A DNA stretch of 64,000 nt, taken from contig JABIGM010000050.1 of NCBI GenBank assembly GCA_018650165.1, positions 32,001 through 96,000 of the forward strand, in the 5' to 3' direction. This stretch comes from Methanobacteriota archaeon. GTDB taxonomy: Archaea; Thermoplasmatota; Poseidoniia; Poseidoniales; Poseidoniaceae. Below, piece by piece: positions 1 through 8,853 of the stretch. The notes below the pieces were generated by a model. It searched no databases. It was not told the DNA's origin and saw only the letters and a list, made by a program, of their open reading frames with translations. Within the stretch, counting starts at the first letter, position 1. Each line of letters starts with the position of its first letter. The position numbers were made by a program, and so were the translations under genes.

Positions 1-1
1 A

Positions 2-2821
2 CGCCCTGGAGATTTCATAACTGCATGGGACCCTGTTTCTCTTGAAGTACAAGTCACTAATACTGGTTTCTTTTACAATACTGAAACACGAACTATTGAA
101 TGGTTTGTTTGTGAAGGGGTAAAGGATGTTAGTACTTGTTTTAACGAAAGGGAAGATTATGGAACTGGGGCAATTGAACCGATTGCGGTTGGACAAAACT
201 TAACTTACACATTCCTCACTTACTTTAGTTCTGACGGAGATGAAGGCGCCTATACCCTGGTTTATAGATTCTCAGATTCCGACACAAATACTACGAATGA
301 TGTTGGAATCTATACTTTTAATTTCGCACAACAATTGGTAGATGTCTCCGTGGGAGCGCAAGACCCAATCGGCCAATTGAGTGGATTAGCAAATTACAAT
401 GGTGAAATGATACTCAATACTGACACCGATTATAATATGAGTATAGATGGAATTGTTTCTTCGTGCGCATCATGCGGATTAGTAGCAGGAATTGGATGGG
501 AGTTAATTGACAATTCTGGAACAGTTGTAGCTAATTCATCAAACCAGGTTTCTAATTTACCTTCATGGGGCCAGACCACATTCACAAGGGATATGCCGCC
601 TCTCAATTTCGACACCGAGGGCCGCTATACACTGTCATATGGCCTGATGAATTCGAATGGGACACCTTTAGGTGACATGAATGCGTACAATGATGTTCAG
701 AGTGTAGAGGTCGTATTTGATGACACTGTCGACCTGCAAGTTACCTCTATGTACCCTCTAAATGCTCCGGATTCCTCGACATACTTCTATGGAGATGATA
801 GCGTCTCTGTGACTATATCGAACATAGGAAATCATTCTGTTGTCGAACCTCTAGTAAGGTTCTCTGTAATGGATTTGAGCGGAACTACTGAATCCGAAGA
901 AGATTGTAATCCATCAGTAATTTTGCCAGGCCAATACGAGAGATGTATTTTCGATTTGAACAAGTTAGGCGATAAAAGACTCAAGGTATTCGTAAGTGAA
1001 GCCTTAGAAGAAGGCACTGATGCTAAGCCGGCTGACAACGTGCTGAATGTAGTTTCAGAGGTTATTGCTGGCGATATTAATCCTCTTATTGAACAGAGTA
1101 ATTTCTATGGGAAATACAAGACTGCAGACAACATTACTTTCACAGCACGTACACTGACAACAGCCGCTGGACCACTCACATATTCATGGTATCTAGCAGG
1201 CATGATAGAACTGTCGACCTTACCAGGCTTCATAGAACTCGGAGCAGAAGGTAAAGAAGTGCAAATTCCTGCAAGCGGGATTGGCCTAGGTGACCATTTC
1301 ATTACGCTTAGAGCCGTTGATGCCCTCGGCACAACGGAGTCTACCACTACTGAAATAACAATATTCAACAGTACGGATATTGGAGTTGGCAATTGGATGA
1401 ATGGTTCAGCCGTCACCAGAACACATGCAATCGGAAATTCGATGTATGACTTCCCTCTTTCAGGGGTAAATTATGGACCGGGTGAAAACTTGGAAGCTTT
1501 GCTAAGATTTTCCATAGATGTAATTCCGACAACAGAAGAAATTGATGCCGGAATGGATTGGATGGAATTTGATATTAACATTACATCTTTAATTCCAAAT
1601 AATGTCCCTCGTTCATCTATTGCCATCCACCAATTATATGGATTTGACCAGTTAGATTGGGACCCACTTGATGGAGATAATAGTTTCGAAATCATTGACA
1701 ATGACACCATCAGAGTACACATTATCGAAAACATGGATCTATTACTTGTTGGAGAATTGCCCCCCCCAAATATCGATTCGGGACAGCCAATATTGACACT
1801 CCTCCCTGATGGAGAAATGCAAATCGATTGGGAACCAACTGGAGATTTAACAAATCCATACTTTGGAGGATGGAATATCTATCGAGTTACTAGCCCGATT
1901 ACAGCATCTGCATATTTCCCTGACCCTGAAACCGTTAACAGTGAATTTGTCTGGAATGGTTTGATGAGTGGGACACTATCTGTTACTCTAGAAGGTACAA
2001 CAAATAGTTGGATAGATGAACGGCAATTAGAAACAGGCATTTGTGCATCCTATGCAATTATCCCAATTGATAGAGCTGGCAATCCTGAACACTTGAAAGC
2101 AAAGGTATCCTTAGAAAATGGTTTACCTGGACTAACATGTGGTGATTCAATCGACCCTTCAGCAGAAGTAAGTGGGTTTAAAGCAACTACATCTTACAAC
2201 AATGCCACTTCATGTTACGACCGATTCAATGATTGGAATCGATGCTACGAAATCGAATTGTCTTGGACATGGCCAGATAATGAGCCTGAGGGTGAACTCT
2301 CATGGAACTTATACCGAATTGAACAAAAACCGCAAGATGTAGATTTGAGGTATATTGACCCACTCGTTACTAATTTGACAAATGTTCCCGGTGAAAAGGG
2401 CTCTCTGGTACAATATGGAACTGAATATGATGGAATAATGCCATACAGGACATATTACTACATCCTTGCACCGTTAGATAGCGTGGGTAACGAATACACA
2501 GTAGTAGAATACCCTTCAAGCAATGTGAAACGAGTGTATGTTGAGGACCAATACTGGGTTTACAATGAATACCGTATTCCTGAGCCACCTGAGCCACCTG
2601 AGCCTCCATATGGAATCGAATGGTTAGGGGAACTCGAAGAATACATGCAAATTGAAAATTTCCAAATTGCAGGCATGGTGATGCTGCTTACAATAGTAAT
2701 CAACTTCGTGGGACTGCCTCTGGTTCTGAAAAAGCGTAAGAAGATGGCAAGGGTCCTAGCAAAGCGTGCTGCAAATCAGCCAACGGATTTGGATGATGAG
2801 TTCGAAGATTTCTTCAACTGA
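2..2821 (+). CDS. Large membrane-anchored extracellular multidomain protein (beta-sandwich/CARDB- and FN3-like repeats), 5'-truncated
   Basis: The frame of ORF 335..2821 stays open back to base 2 (RPGDFITAWDPVSLEVQVTNTG...). Thr/Asn/Asp-rich; V-S-V-T-I-S-N-I-G-N CARDB-like segment; W-x-x-Y-R and Y-x-I-x-P-x-D-x-x-G-N FN3-like segments twice; PEPPEPPEPP linker; C-terminal TM (FQIAGMVMLLTIVINFVGLPLVL) followed by KKRKK and an acidic tail. Confidence 0.75.
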   Translation, partial: RPGDFITAWDPVSLEVQVTNTGFFYNTETRTIEWFVCEGVKDVSTCFNEREDYGTGAIEPIAVGQNLTYTFLTYFSSDGDEGAYTLVYRFSDSDTNTTNDVGIYTFNFAQQLVDVSVGAQDPIGQLSGLANYNGEMILNTDTDYNMSIDGIVSSCASCGLVAGIGWELIDNSGTVVANSSNQVSNLPSWGQTTFTRDMPPLNFDTEGRYTLSYGLMNSNGTPLGDMNAYNDVQSVEVVFDDTVDLQVTSMYPLNAPDSSTYFYGDDSVSVTISNIGNHSVVEPLVRFSVMDLSGTTESEEDCNPSVILPGQYERCIFDLNKLGDKRLKVFVSEALEEGTDAKPADNVLNVVSEVIAGDINPLIEQSNFYGKYKTADNITFTARTLTTAAGPLTYSWYLAGMIELSTLPGFIELGAEGKEVQIPASGIGLGDHFITLRAVDALGTTESTTTEITIFNSTDIGVGNWMNGSAVTRTHAIGNSMYDFPLSGVNYGPGENLEALLRFSIDVIPTTEEIDAGMDWMEFDINITSLIPNNVPRSSIAIHQLYGFDQLDWDPLDGDNSFEIIDNDTIRVHIIENMDLLLVGELPPPNIDSGQPILTLLPDGEMQIDWEPTGDLTNPYFGGWNIYRVTSPITASAYFPDPETVNSEFVWNGLMSGTLSVTLEGTTNSWIDERQLETGICASYAIIPIDRAGNPEHLKAKVSLENGLPGLTCGDSIDPSAEVSGFKATTSYNNATSCYDRFNDWNRCYEIELSWTWPDNEPEGELSWNLYRIEQKPQDVDLRYIDPLVTNLTNVPGEKGSLVQYGTEYDGIMPYRTYYYILAPLDSVGNEYTVVEYPSSNVKRVYVEDQYWVYNEYRIPEPPEPPEPPYGIEWLGELEEYMQIENFQIAGMVMLLTIVINFVGLPLVLKKRKKMARVLAKRAANQPTDLDDEFEDFFN

Positions 2822-2871
2822 TTGCGTCAACCGTCTGCTTTATCTCAAATAGTCAAGTGGCCGGATTGCTT

Positions 2872-2954
2872 GCGGCGATCGCATAGCCTGGCCATTGCGT
2901 CGGATTGCTAATCCGATGGGTCTTCCCACGGGGGTTCGAATCCCCCTCGCCGCG
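2872..2954 (+). tRNA. tRNA-Ser (GCU)
   Basis: Acceptor stem GCGGCGA/TCGCCGC, anticodon stem TCGGA/TCCGA with loop TTGCTAA (GCT at 2907-2909), long variable arm GGG-TCTT-CCC, T arm GGGGG-TTCGAAT-CCCCC, discriminator G. CCA not encoded; no intron. Confidence 0.97.
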
Positions 2955-2979
2955 CCTCAAAACAACTCTACTATGTTCG

Positions 2980-4062
2980 TTATTCAGCGTTGAGAACCTT
3001 ACGCTTATCGCTGACTGAATCTTTCCACTTAACCATTAAATTATTCACTATTGGAATTAATACTACAAATCCAGTTGTCCAATACCATATTTGATTTGTT
3101 GGAACTGCAACAACATAAACGAATGCGATAAACATCCAGGCAAGATAACCAAGGGACCGCATAAATGAGTCGAATGCAAGGGGCATACGCCCATTAGAAT
3201 CAAATTCTTCATTAGGATTGATTCTCCATACTGAGATTGAATACCAGATTGTGATTACAGTTGCTAAAACAGCCCATGCTTCTGGCAAACCAGATTCTGG
3301 CCAGAATAGAGGCACTGCGCCTAATAGCAATAGCAGTGCACAGTAGATTTTAGATTCAAAAAGAGTTCTTTCTGGCCCTTTTACATCAGGCATCATAGGA
3401 ACTCCTACCTTACCATACTCTCCACTTCGATAAAGTGCTAAAGCCCAAAAATGGGGCGGAGTCCATAGGAAGATTAGCATGAATAACATCCAAGGGATAG
3501 GTGAAGCGAGGTCAACGGGATTATAATTATCTGGAATACTGGTTGATGCTGCGGCAACAATCCAGCCGATCAGTGGAGGAGTTGAGCCCGCTATACCACC
3601 GATTACGATATTTTGTGGCGTCCTTCTCTTAAGCCAAATTGTGTATACTAATACGTAAAACACTACTGAAAAAAGAGACCAGAATGCCGCTTTCCAGTGG
3701 TATGGAAAGAATATCGCACTACCGCCAACCGCAGTAATAAGTCCAAAAATCAAGGCATGTCTCGGTGAAATCCAGCCATTAGGGAGAGGTCGGGTGCGAG
3801 TACGTGACATTCCGGGGTCTATGTCTCGGTCGTAGACCATATTGATTGCATTAGAACCTCCCGCTGCTAATGTTCCCCCCACAATTGTAACCATGCAAGC
3901 TTCTAGAGTGTTAAACCAAGTTCGATCTCCGGCCAATACCTCACTTCGCACTAAAAGGTCGTGAGCAAAAATTGCACAGACCGCAGTAACTTGAAGCAAT
4001 ATAACAACTCGCAGTTTCATCAACTGCAAATAAATCATTAGAAGACTAGGCTTTTCACTCAT
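2980..4062 (-). CDS. ctaB: Protoheme IX farnesyltransferase (heme O synthase)
   Basis: UbiA-family motifs NMVYDRDIDPGMSRTRTRPLP, YTIWLKRRTPQNIVIGG, FLWTPPHFWALA. Start placed at ATG 4062, overlapping the ctaA stop (ATGAGTGA). Confidence 0.93.
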   Translation of the reverse strand: MSEKPSLLMIYLQLMKLRVVILLQVTAVCAIFAHDLLVRSEVLAGDRTWFNTLEACMVTIVGGTLAAGGSNAINMVYDRDIDPGMSRTRTRPLPNGWISPRHALIFGLITAVGGSAIFFPYHWKAAFWSLFSVVFYVLVYTIWLKRRTPQNIVIGGIAGSTPPLIGWIVAAASTSIPDNYNPVDLASPIPWMLFMLIFLWTPPHFWALALYRSGEYGKVGVPMMPDVKGPERTLFESKIYCALLLLLGAVPLFWPESGLPEAWAVLATVITIWYSISVWRINPNEEFDSNGRMPLAFDSFMRSLGYLAWMFIAFVYVVAVPTNQIWYWTTGFVVLIPIVNNLMVKWKDSVSDKRKVLNAE

Positions 4063-5104
4063 CTTCTCCACCTTCGTTGCTCAGTTGCAATAAAATTAAT
4101 CCAATTGATGCACTAAAGAAACTAGCCACTCCAATTATCAAATGTAGTATAGATAAACTTTCAGGGAAATCTCCCATTTTAGCAAAGACGACATACATGC
4201 CTCCCACTAAAACATTCAGTAACCAAAACCCAGTTGCCAAATCCATACATTTCGCAAAACCATGGTGTGCATTTGTCTCAGTTGCCTTCTCTCGGATTTT
4301 CATTCCACCCATAATCAATGCAATACCAACAATTCCCGCCCCTAAACGATGAACCATTTGAACAAGTATCCCACTTCCATCAAGGCTGGGGAATATGTCG
4401 CCTTGACATTTTGGCCAGCCGTCAGGGAAACCTACTGAACATCCTTGATTTCCATTTGCTGATGATGAGACCCAAGCACCAAGAATCAATAGCAAGAATA
4501 TTGCTCCTGTAAGTATCATCACGCGTTTTAATTCAGATCGTTTGAACTTCAAGGGAGCGAACATCATTGGCCAGTTAGCACCCTCGATTCGTCGCATCTT
4601 GAAATATTGCCACAATAAAATGAACACAAAGGATGATGCAAGACCGAGATGTAGTGCTACAGACCAATCTGCATTGTCAAATTTGACCGTTATTGCTCCA
4701 GCAACTCCTTGAATAGTTAACAAAATCCCAGTAAGGAATGAGACTTTCACCAGGGTATCTCCGTACACTTCTTTTCGTTTCCAAATTATCAAGAAATTTA
4801 TCAAAACTGGTATGGCCATGATACTTGCAAGTAATCTGTGAATCCATTCAGTAAATATTTCAAATGTGGTATAACGATGATCTTCTCCACGACTATCAAA
4901 CTCTCCTGTGTCATTATACCACTCACCTTGGTCTTCTTCAGAAATATCAAATCCCCAAGTCCCGAAACATTGTGGCCAATCTGGACACGATTCACCTGCA
5001 TCATAAATACGGATTGTCCCGCCAACTATGATAACCAGAACCGACATTATTACAACAGCAAGTGGTAATGTCGAGGGGCGTCGGAGCCATTCGGATACCA
5101 TCAT
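4055..5104 (-). CDS. ctaA: Heme A synthase (COX15/CtaA)
   Basis: GESCPDWPQCFG, EWIHRLLA, VALHLGLA, GCSVGFPDGWPKC, VQMVHRLGA, LHLIIG. Conserved His and Cys pairs; multi-TM. Confidence 0.92.
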   Translation of the reverse strand: MMVSEWLRRPSTLPLAVVIMSVLVIIVGGTIRIYDAGESCPDWPQCFGTWGFDISEEDQGEWYNDTGEFDSRGEDHRYTTFEIFTEWIHRLLASIMAIPVLINFLIIWKRKEVYGDTLVKVSFLTGILLTIQGVAGAITVKFDNADWSVALHLGLASSFVFILLWQYFKMRRIEGANWPMMFAPLKFKRSELKRVMILTGAIFLLLILGAWVSSSANGNQGCSVGFPDGWPKCQGDIFPSLDGSGILVQMVHRLGAGIVGIALIMGGMKIREKATETNAHHGFAKCMDLATGFWLLNVLVGGMYVVFAKMGDFPESLSILHLIIGVASFFSASIGLILLQLSNEGGEDE

Positions 5105-5157
5105 GTTGCGGGGGTAATAGGCTCCCTTTTAACAAACCGGACTTCGTGGGCTGGTTA

Positions 5158-6135
5158 ATGAGGACTGTGCTACTAGCCTGCTTATTCGGGGCCATCATAG
5201 TTTTCTCTAGCCATTCCGGCGCCCACGGAGCAGATAGTGTTCATTCAGAGGGGTATATTGTAGACGTTGTTGTTATCGATTTACAGTGTGATGAAAACCA
5301 TACATGCATCTCTAAGCCTACTAACGTCGTAGAATATTTTGGAGCCGATTGGTGTTCTGAATGCCCCGAAGTTGAACAACAATTACAGGAAACTTCTAAT
5401 CAATCGGCCTTGATTATTAGCCACCGCCCTTCATCTATTGATGATTATTGGTTACAAGCCTCTCGCGATAGGTTCCTCGATGTCTATGGATTGTGGGGCT
5501 ACCCTACACTTACTATCGATGGGCATTATATTCTAGCTGGACCTACACAATCGAGAGAACTGAATACACTATTATCAGATTCTGTCTCAAATTACAGTGG
5601 AATCTCAAATTTGACACTAGAAAATAATATTTTGAACTTATCAGGTGACCTTGATGGTCTAATGCTTGATGCTTGGACTGTAAGGTCTACTCAGAATCTA
5701 ACTAACATGGTGGTGAATCATACAAATCTTAGTGAAACTAATGTTGTTGGCCTCAATGGCGACAAATTAGTAATTGTAATATCCCAACCAGGGTTTATCA
5801 AATTGGTTTCAGGCTCATCACTCCCTGCAAATGATTACATTCCAGATGGGGGATTAAACGATATTGGAGAAAATAGCGATTCAGTAAGAGGTTCTACGAT
5901 CATCATTATCACTATTTTGTTACTGATAATTACATTACCTGCAACCTATCAATTACTGGCTGTCATGAAATCTCCAATATCCGAACAACCTGATTCATTA
6001 GAGGAAAAAGAAATTACGAGGAGATTTCATTCAACCGATGGTCCGAATATAGTGGTTGAGCAAAAAATAATTACTAACATTTCTGATAGTGTTATCATGG
6101 GCAATGTCAGCATAGATAGCCTAGAAAATGAATGA
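5158..6135 (+). CDS. Exported thioredoxin-fold (CXXC) protein with C-terminal TM anchor
   Basis: Signal-like N-terminus from ATG 5158; EYFGADWCSECP and GYPT (cis-Pro loop); TM IIIITILLLIITLPA near the C-terminus. Confidence 0.7.
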   Translation: MRTVLLACLFGAIIVFSSHSGAHGADSVHSEGYIVDVVVIDLQCDENHTCISKPTNVVEYFGADWCSECPEVEQQLQETSNQSALIISHRPSSIDDYWLQASRDRFLDVYGLWGYPTLTIDGHYILAGPTQSRELNTLLSDSVSNYSGISNLTLENNILNLSGDLDGLMLDAWTVRSTQNLTNMVVNHTNLSETNVVGLNGDKLVIVISQPGFIKLVSGSSLPANDYIPDGGLNDIGENSDSVRGSTIIIITILLLIITLPATYQLLAVMKSPISEQPDSLEEKEITRRFHSTDGPNIVVEQKIITNISDSVIMGNVSIDSLENE

Positions 6136-6218
6136 TTGCTTTTCTATCGTGATGCGCAGGGTTCAATAACAGGGCGCTGGTCGCAAACTTCGCACGTAAT
6201 GTGCATGAGGTGTCAAGA

Positions 6219-6470
6219 ATGGTCAAACCAATCCGCCCACATACCCGCTTTGAAAGAGCTAGAATCATTGGTGCACGTGCCCTCCAAATAGGAATGGGTG
6301 CACCATTAAATGCTCCTGAAGATGTCCTACGTGAGGCTTTCAAGGAAGAATTAATTTCACTTTATGGACTAGAAGAAGCATCTGTTCGCTTTGTTCTAGA
6401 CCCGCTAAAGATTGCAATGTATGAGTACGATAACGAACTCATTCCAATCGATACCGACCCTCATAATTGA
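6219..6470 (+). CDS. rpoK: DNA-directed RNA polymerase subunit Rpo6 (K)
   Basis: [21 protein letters not shown] signature; DPLKIAMYE; GAGGTG Shine-Dalgarno upstream of ATG 6219. Confidence 0.95.
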   Translation: MVKPIRPHTRFERARIIGARALQIGMGAPLNAPEDVLREAFKEELISLYGLEEASVRFVLDPLKIAMYEYDNELIPIDTDPHN

Positions 6471-6480
6471 GGCCCGGACA

Positions 6481-7563
6481 CTAATTGTCTGCGGCGTAGC
6501 CGTAGAAGTTTGAATTAACTGGGTCCGCTATTGCATCTCGCTTGACTAGCATGGTCCTAACTGCCCATAGGTCGGTGAAAATACGGTACTTCAATGTCAT
6601 GTCGAGATAATCGACACCACTAGATCCTCCAGTTCCCATCCTTCTACCAATCATTCTCTCGACCATTCTAGCATGGTGTGAACGGAATAGTAGCATTGCT
6701 TGTTCTAAATCAACTACAGTATCAACAAGTCTTCTTGGCCAAGAAAGTAATGGCAATTCTCGGTATGATTCAATATACAATAGTCCTGCTCTTGCAGGAT
6801 TTGCGACTCCATCTGGGAGTAAAAAATCTCTGGCACCAACTATTCCAGATTCTATTCTTGGACGTATTGATTCTTCAGTACCATGCCCAATCTTCACCAT
6901 GTGAGCGATTACTGACTCGCCGTGCTCCACCATGGATGACAGGTGATCTTCCACATAATTTTGTAGAATTTCAGTATCACCAGATACTCCATTAACTGGA
7001 GTTCTTGCTAACCAACGGGATAACACTTCATTTAGTGAAGGCAATTCATCAATACGATTCATGTTAGCCATTACTGAATCACTTAATTTACCTTCAGAGT
7101 GCAACTTTCTATTATGTTCCATTGGGTCCATCCCTCCAACACGTTGCTCAGATTTCAACCCCAACAACATCTCCAACGTTCGCATTTGCCAACTTTCAAA
7201 GCCTGAAGAAGTTCCTAAACGGTCACGGAATGCTAGGAAATCTTGTGGTGATAACGTCTCCATTACTTTCCATTGAGAGGCCAATAGCCTGAATATCTCC
7301 GAACATCTCTCCAAATGGCTAACAACTACCGGGATTTTATTTTCTTCAACATCGGGAACATTCAGCAAATGAAGGGCTTCTTCTAATTCGCGATTAACTT
7401 GTTTGAACCACAATTCAAAGGCCTGGTGCACCACAATGAAATGCATTTCGTGGTTCGAAGGGGCTGGATCATAACCTTCAGGTCCAGATTGAAGAGATAG
7501 TAGTTCATCCAATTGTAGAAAGTTGCCGTATGTCATACGAATGCCCGGATTTTCACTGCCCAT
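6481..7563 (-). CDS. kynA: Tryptophan 2,3-dioxygenase (heme)
   Basis: MTYGNFLQLDELLSLQ, HFIVVHQAFELWFKQ, FLAFRDRLGTSSGFESWQMR, HARMVERMIGRRMGTGGSSGVDYL. Confidence 0.92.
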   Translation of the reverse strand: MGSENPGIRMTYGNFLQLDELLSLQSGPEGYDPAPSNHEMHFIVVHQAFELWFKQVNRELEEALHLLNVPDVEENKIPVVVSHLERCSEIFRLLASQWKVMETLSPQDFLAFRDRLGTSSGFESWQMRTLEMLLGLKSEQRVGGMDPMEHNRKLHSEGKLSDSVMANMNRIDELPSLNEVLSRWLARTPVNGVSGDTEILQNYVEDHLSSMVEHGESVIAHMVKIGHGTEESIRPRIESGIVGARDFLLPDGVANPARAGLLYIESYRELPLLSWPRRLVDTVVDLEQAMLLFRSHHARMVERMIGRRMGTGGSSGVDYLDMTLKYRIFTDLWAVRTMLVKRDAIADPVNSNFYGYAADN

Positions 7564-7651
7564 GATGAGCCCACAGGGGGTAGGGCTTGAAACCTTGACG
7601 GAGGATAAAAACGAGGATGGAAGTTCAAGTTTTTGGGTTGAAACAATTTTT

Positions 7652-7674
7652 CTATTACTCTATTTGCGTAATAG
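7652..7674. promoter_or_regulatory. Inverted repeat CTATTAC-N9-GTAATAG just upstream of purP
   Basis: Perfect 7-bp arms at 7652-7658 and 7668-7674, 13 nt before ATG 7688. Function inferred only. Confidence 0.35.
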
Positions 7675-7687
7675 TCATTAATGAAAC

Positions 7688-8815
7688 ATGGAAGCCGTCG
7701 ACATGGGCGTAGATATCGGACTGTTGCGAAACTGGCTTGATTCCTATGACCCAGAGCAAATTACGATTGGTGTAGTTGCCTCTCACTCGTCTCTACAAAT
7801 TCTTCATGGCGCCCGCCAAGAAGGTTTCAAAACCCTAGGTATCGCAGTTGGAGAAAATCGTCGCCGATTCTATTCAGCATTCCCTGGTGCAGAGCCAGAT
7901 GAGTGGTTGATGCTAGACAATTATAGAGAAATGCTCGACCATGCCGAATGGTTTAGAGAGCGTAATGTCATCATCATACCCCATGGTTCTCTTGTAGAAT
8001 ACCTTGGAAGTTCGAATTTCAAAAATTTAGAAGTCCCAACGTTTGGAAACCGGGGGATTCTACATTGGGAAAGTAGCAGAGAGTTACAAAGGAGGTGGCT
8101 AGAAGAAGGTGGCTGCTCTATTCCTAAGGTTATCGATGACCCACACGACATAGATGGCCCTGTTATTGTCAAATACGCAGGTGCCAAAGGTGGTGAAGGG
8201 TACTTTATTGCAAGAGATTATCGTGACTTTAAGCGAAATGTAAACCTCGATGAAGAATTCACAATCCAAGAATATGTTCTCGGATGTAGATATTATCTTC
8301 ACTTTTTCTTTGACCCTACCTCTGACGATGGTTTCCAAGTTCAAGGACGTGGAGTTAATGCAGGCAAAAACCTTGGTCGGCTTGAATTAATGAGCATGGA
8401 TCGAAGAGATGAATCGAATGTTGATGAATTTTACAAACTTGGAAGCCTTCGTGACCTGCGTGAAATGAATTTAGAACCTTCATTCGTAGTTACTGGTAAT
8501 CAGCCAGTCGTAATCAGAGAAAGTCTTCTACCGAGAGCTTTTGAAATGGCAGAGGGAACAGTTGCTGCTTCGTTTGAACTAGAAGAAGGGGCACGAGGAA
8601 TGATTGGAGCGTTCTGTTTGGAAACGATTGTCAATGATAAATTAGAATTCAGAGTTTTTGAGATTAGTGCACGTATAGTTGCGGGTTCAAATCCCTTTGT
8701 TGGCGGCTCTCCATACAGTGACATCAATGAACCATTTATGTCCACAGGACGCCGCATAGCACGCTCAATAAAGAAGGGTATAGAGAAAGATTGTCTAGAC
8801 AATATCCTATCTTGA
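7688..8815 (+). CDS. purP: FAICAR synthetase PurP (archaeal ATP-grasp)
   Basis: IGVVASHSSLQI, IIPHGS, IVKYAGAKGGEGYF, IQEYVLG, GNQPVVIRESLL, FEISARIVAGSN. Start may be ATG 7703. Confidence 0.88.
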   Translation: MEAVDMGVDIGLLRNWLDSYDPEQITIGVVASHSSLQILHGARQEGFKTLGIAVGENRRRFYSAFPGAEPDEWLMLDNYREMLDHAEWFRERNVIIIPHGSLVEYLGSSNFKNLEVPTFGNRGILHWESSRELQRRWLEEGGCSIPKVIDDPHDIDGPVIVKYAGAKGGEGYFIARDYRDFKRNVNLDEEFTIQEYVLGCRYYLHFFFDPTSDDGFQVQGRGVNAGKNLGRLELMSMDRRDESNVDEFYKLGSLRDLREMNLEPSFVVTGNQPVVIRESLLPRAFEMAEGTVAASFELEEGARGMIGAFCLETIVNDKLEFRVFEISARIVAGSNPFVGGSPYSDINEPFMSTGRRIARSIKKGIEKDCLDNILS

Positions 8816-8853
8816 AAGGCTTAGGTGCTGCCAATTAAACTCGTGATTAAATC

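Noticed and set aside
2872-2979. tRNA-Ser as an integration site or island boundary
   Set aside because: No integrase, no duplicated tRNA 3' end elsewhere in the window, and the neighbours are housekeeping genes.
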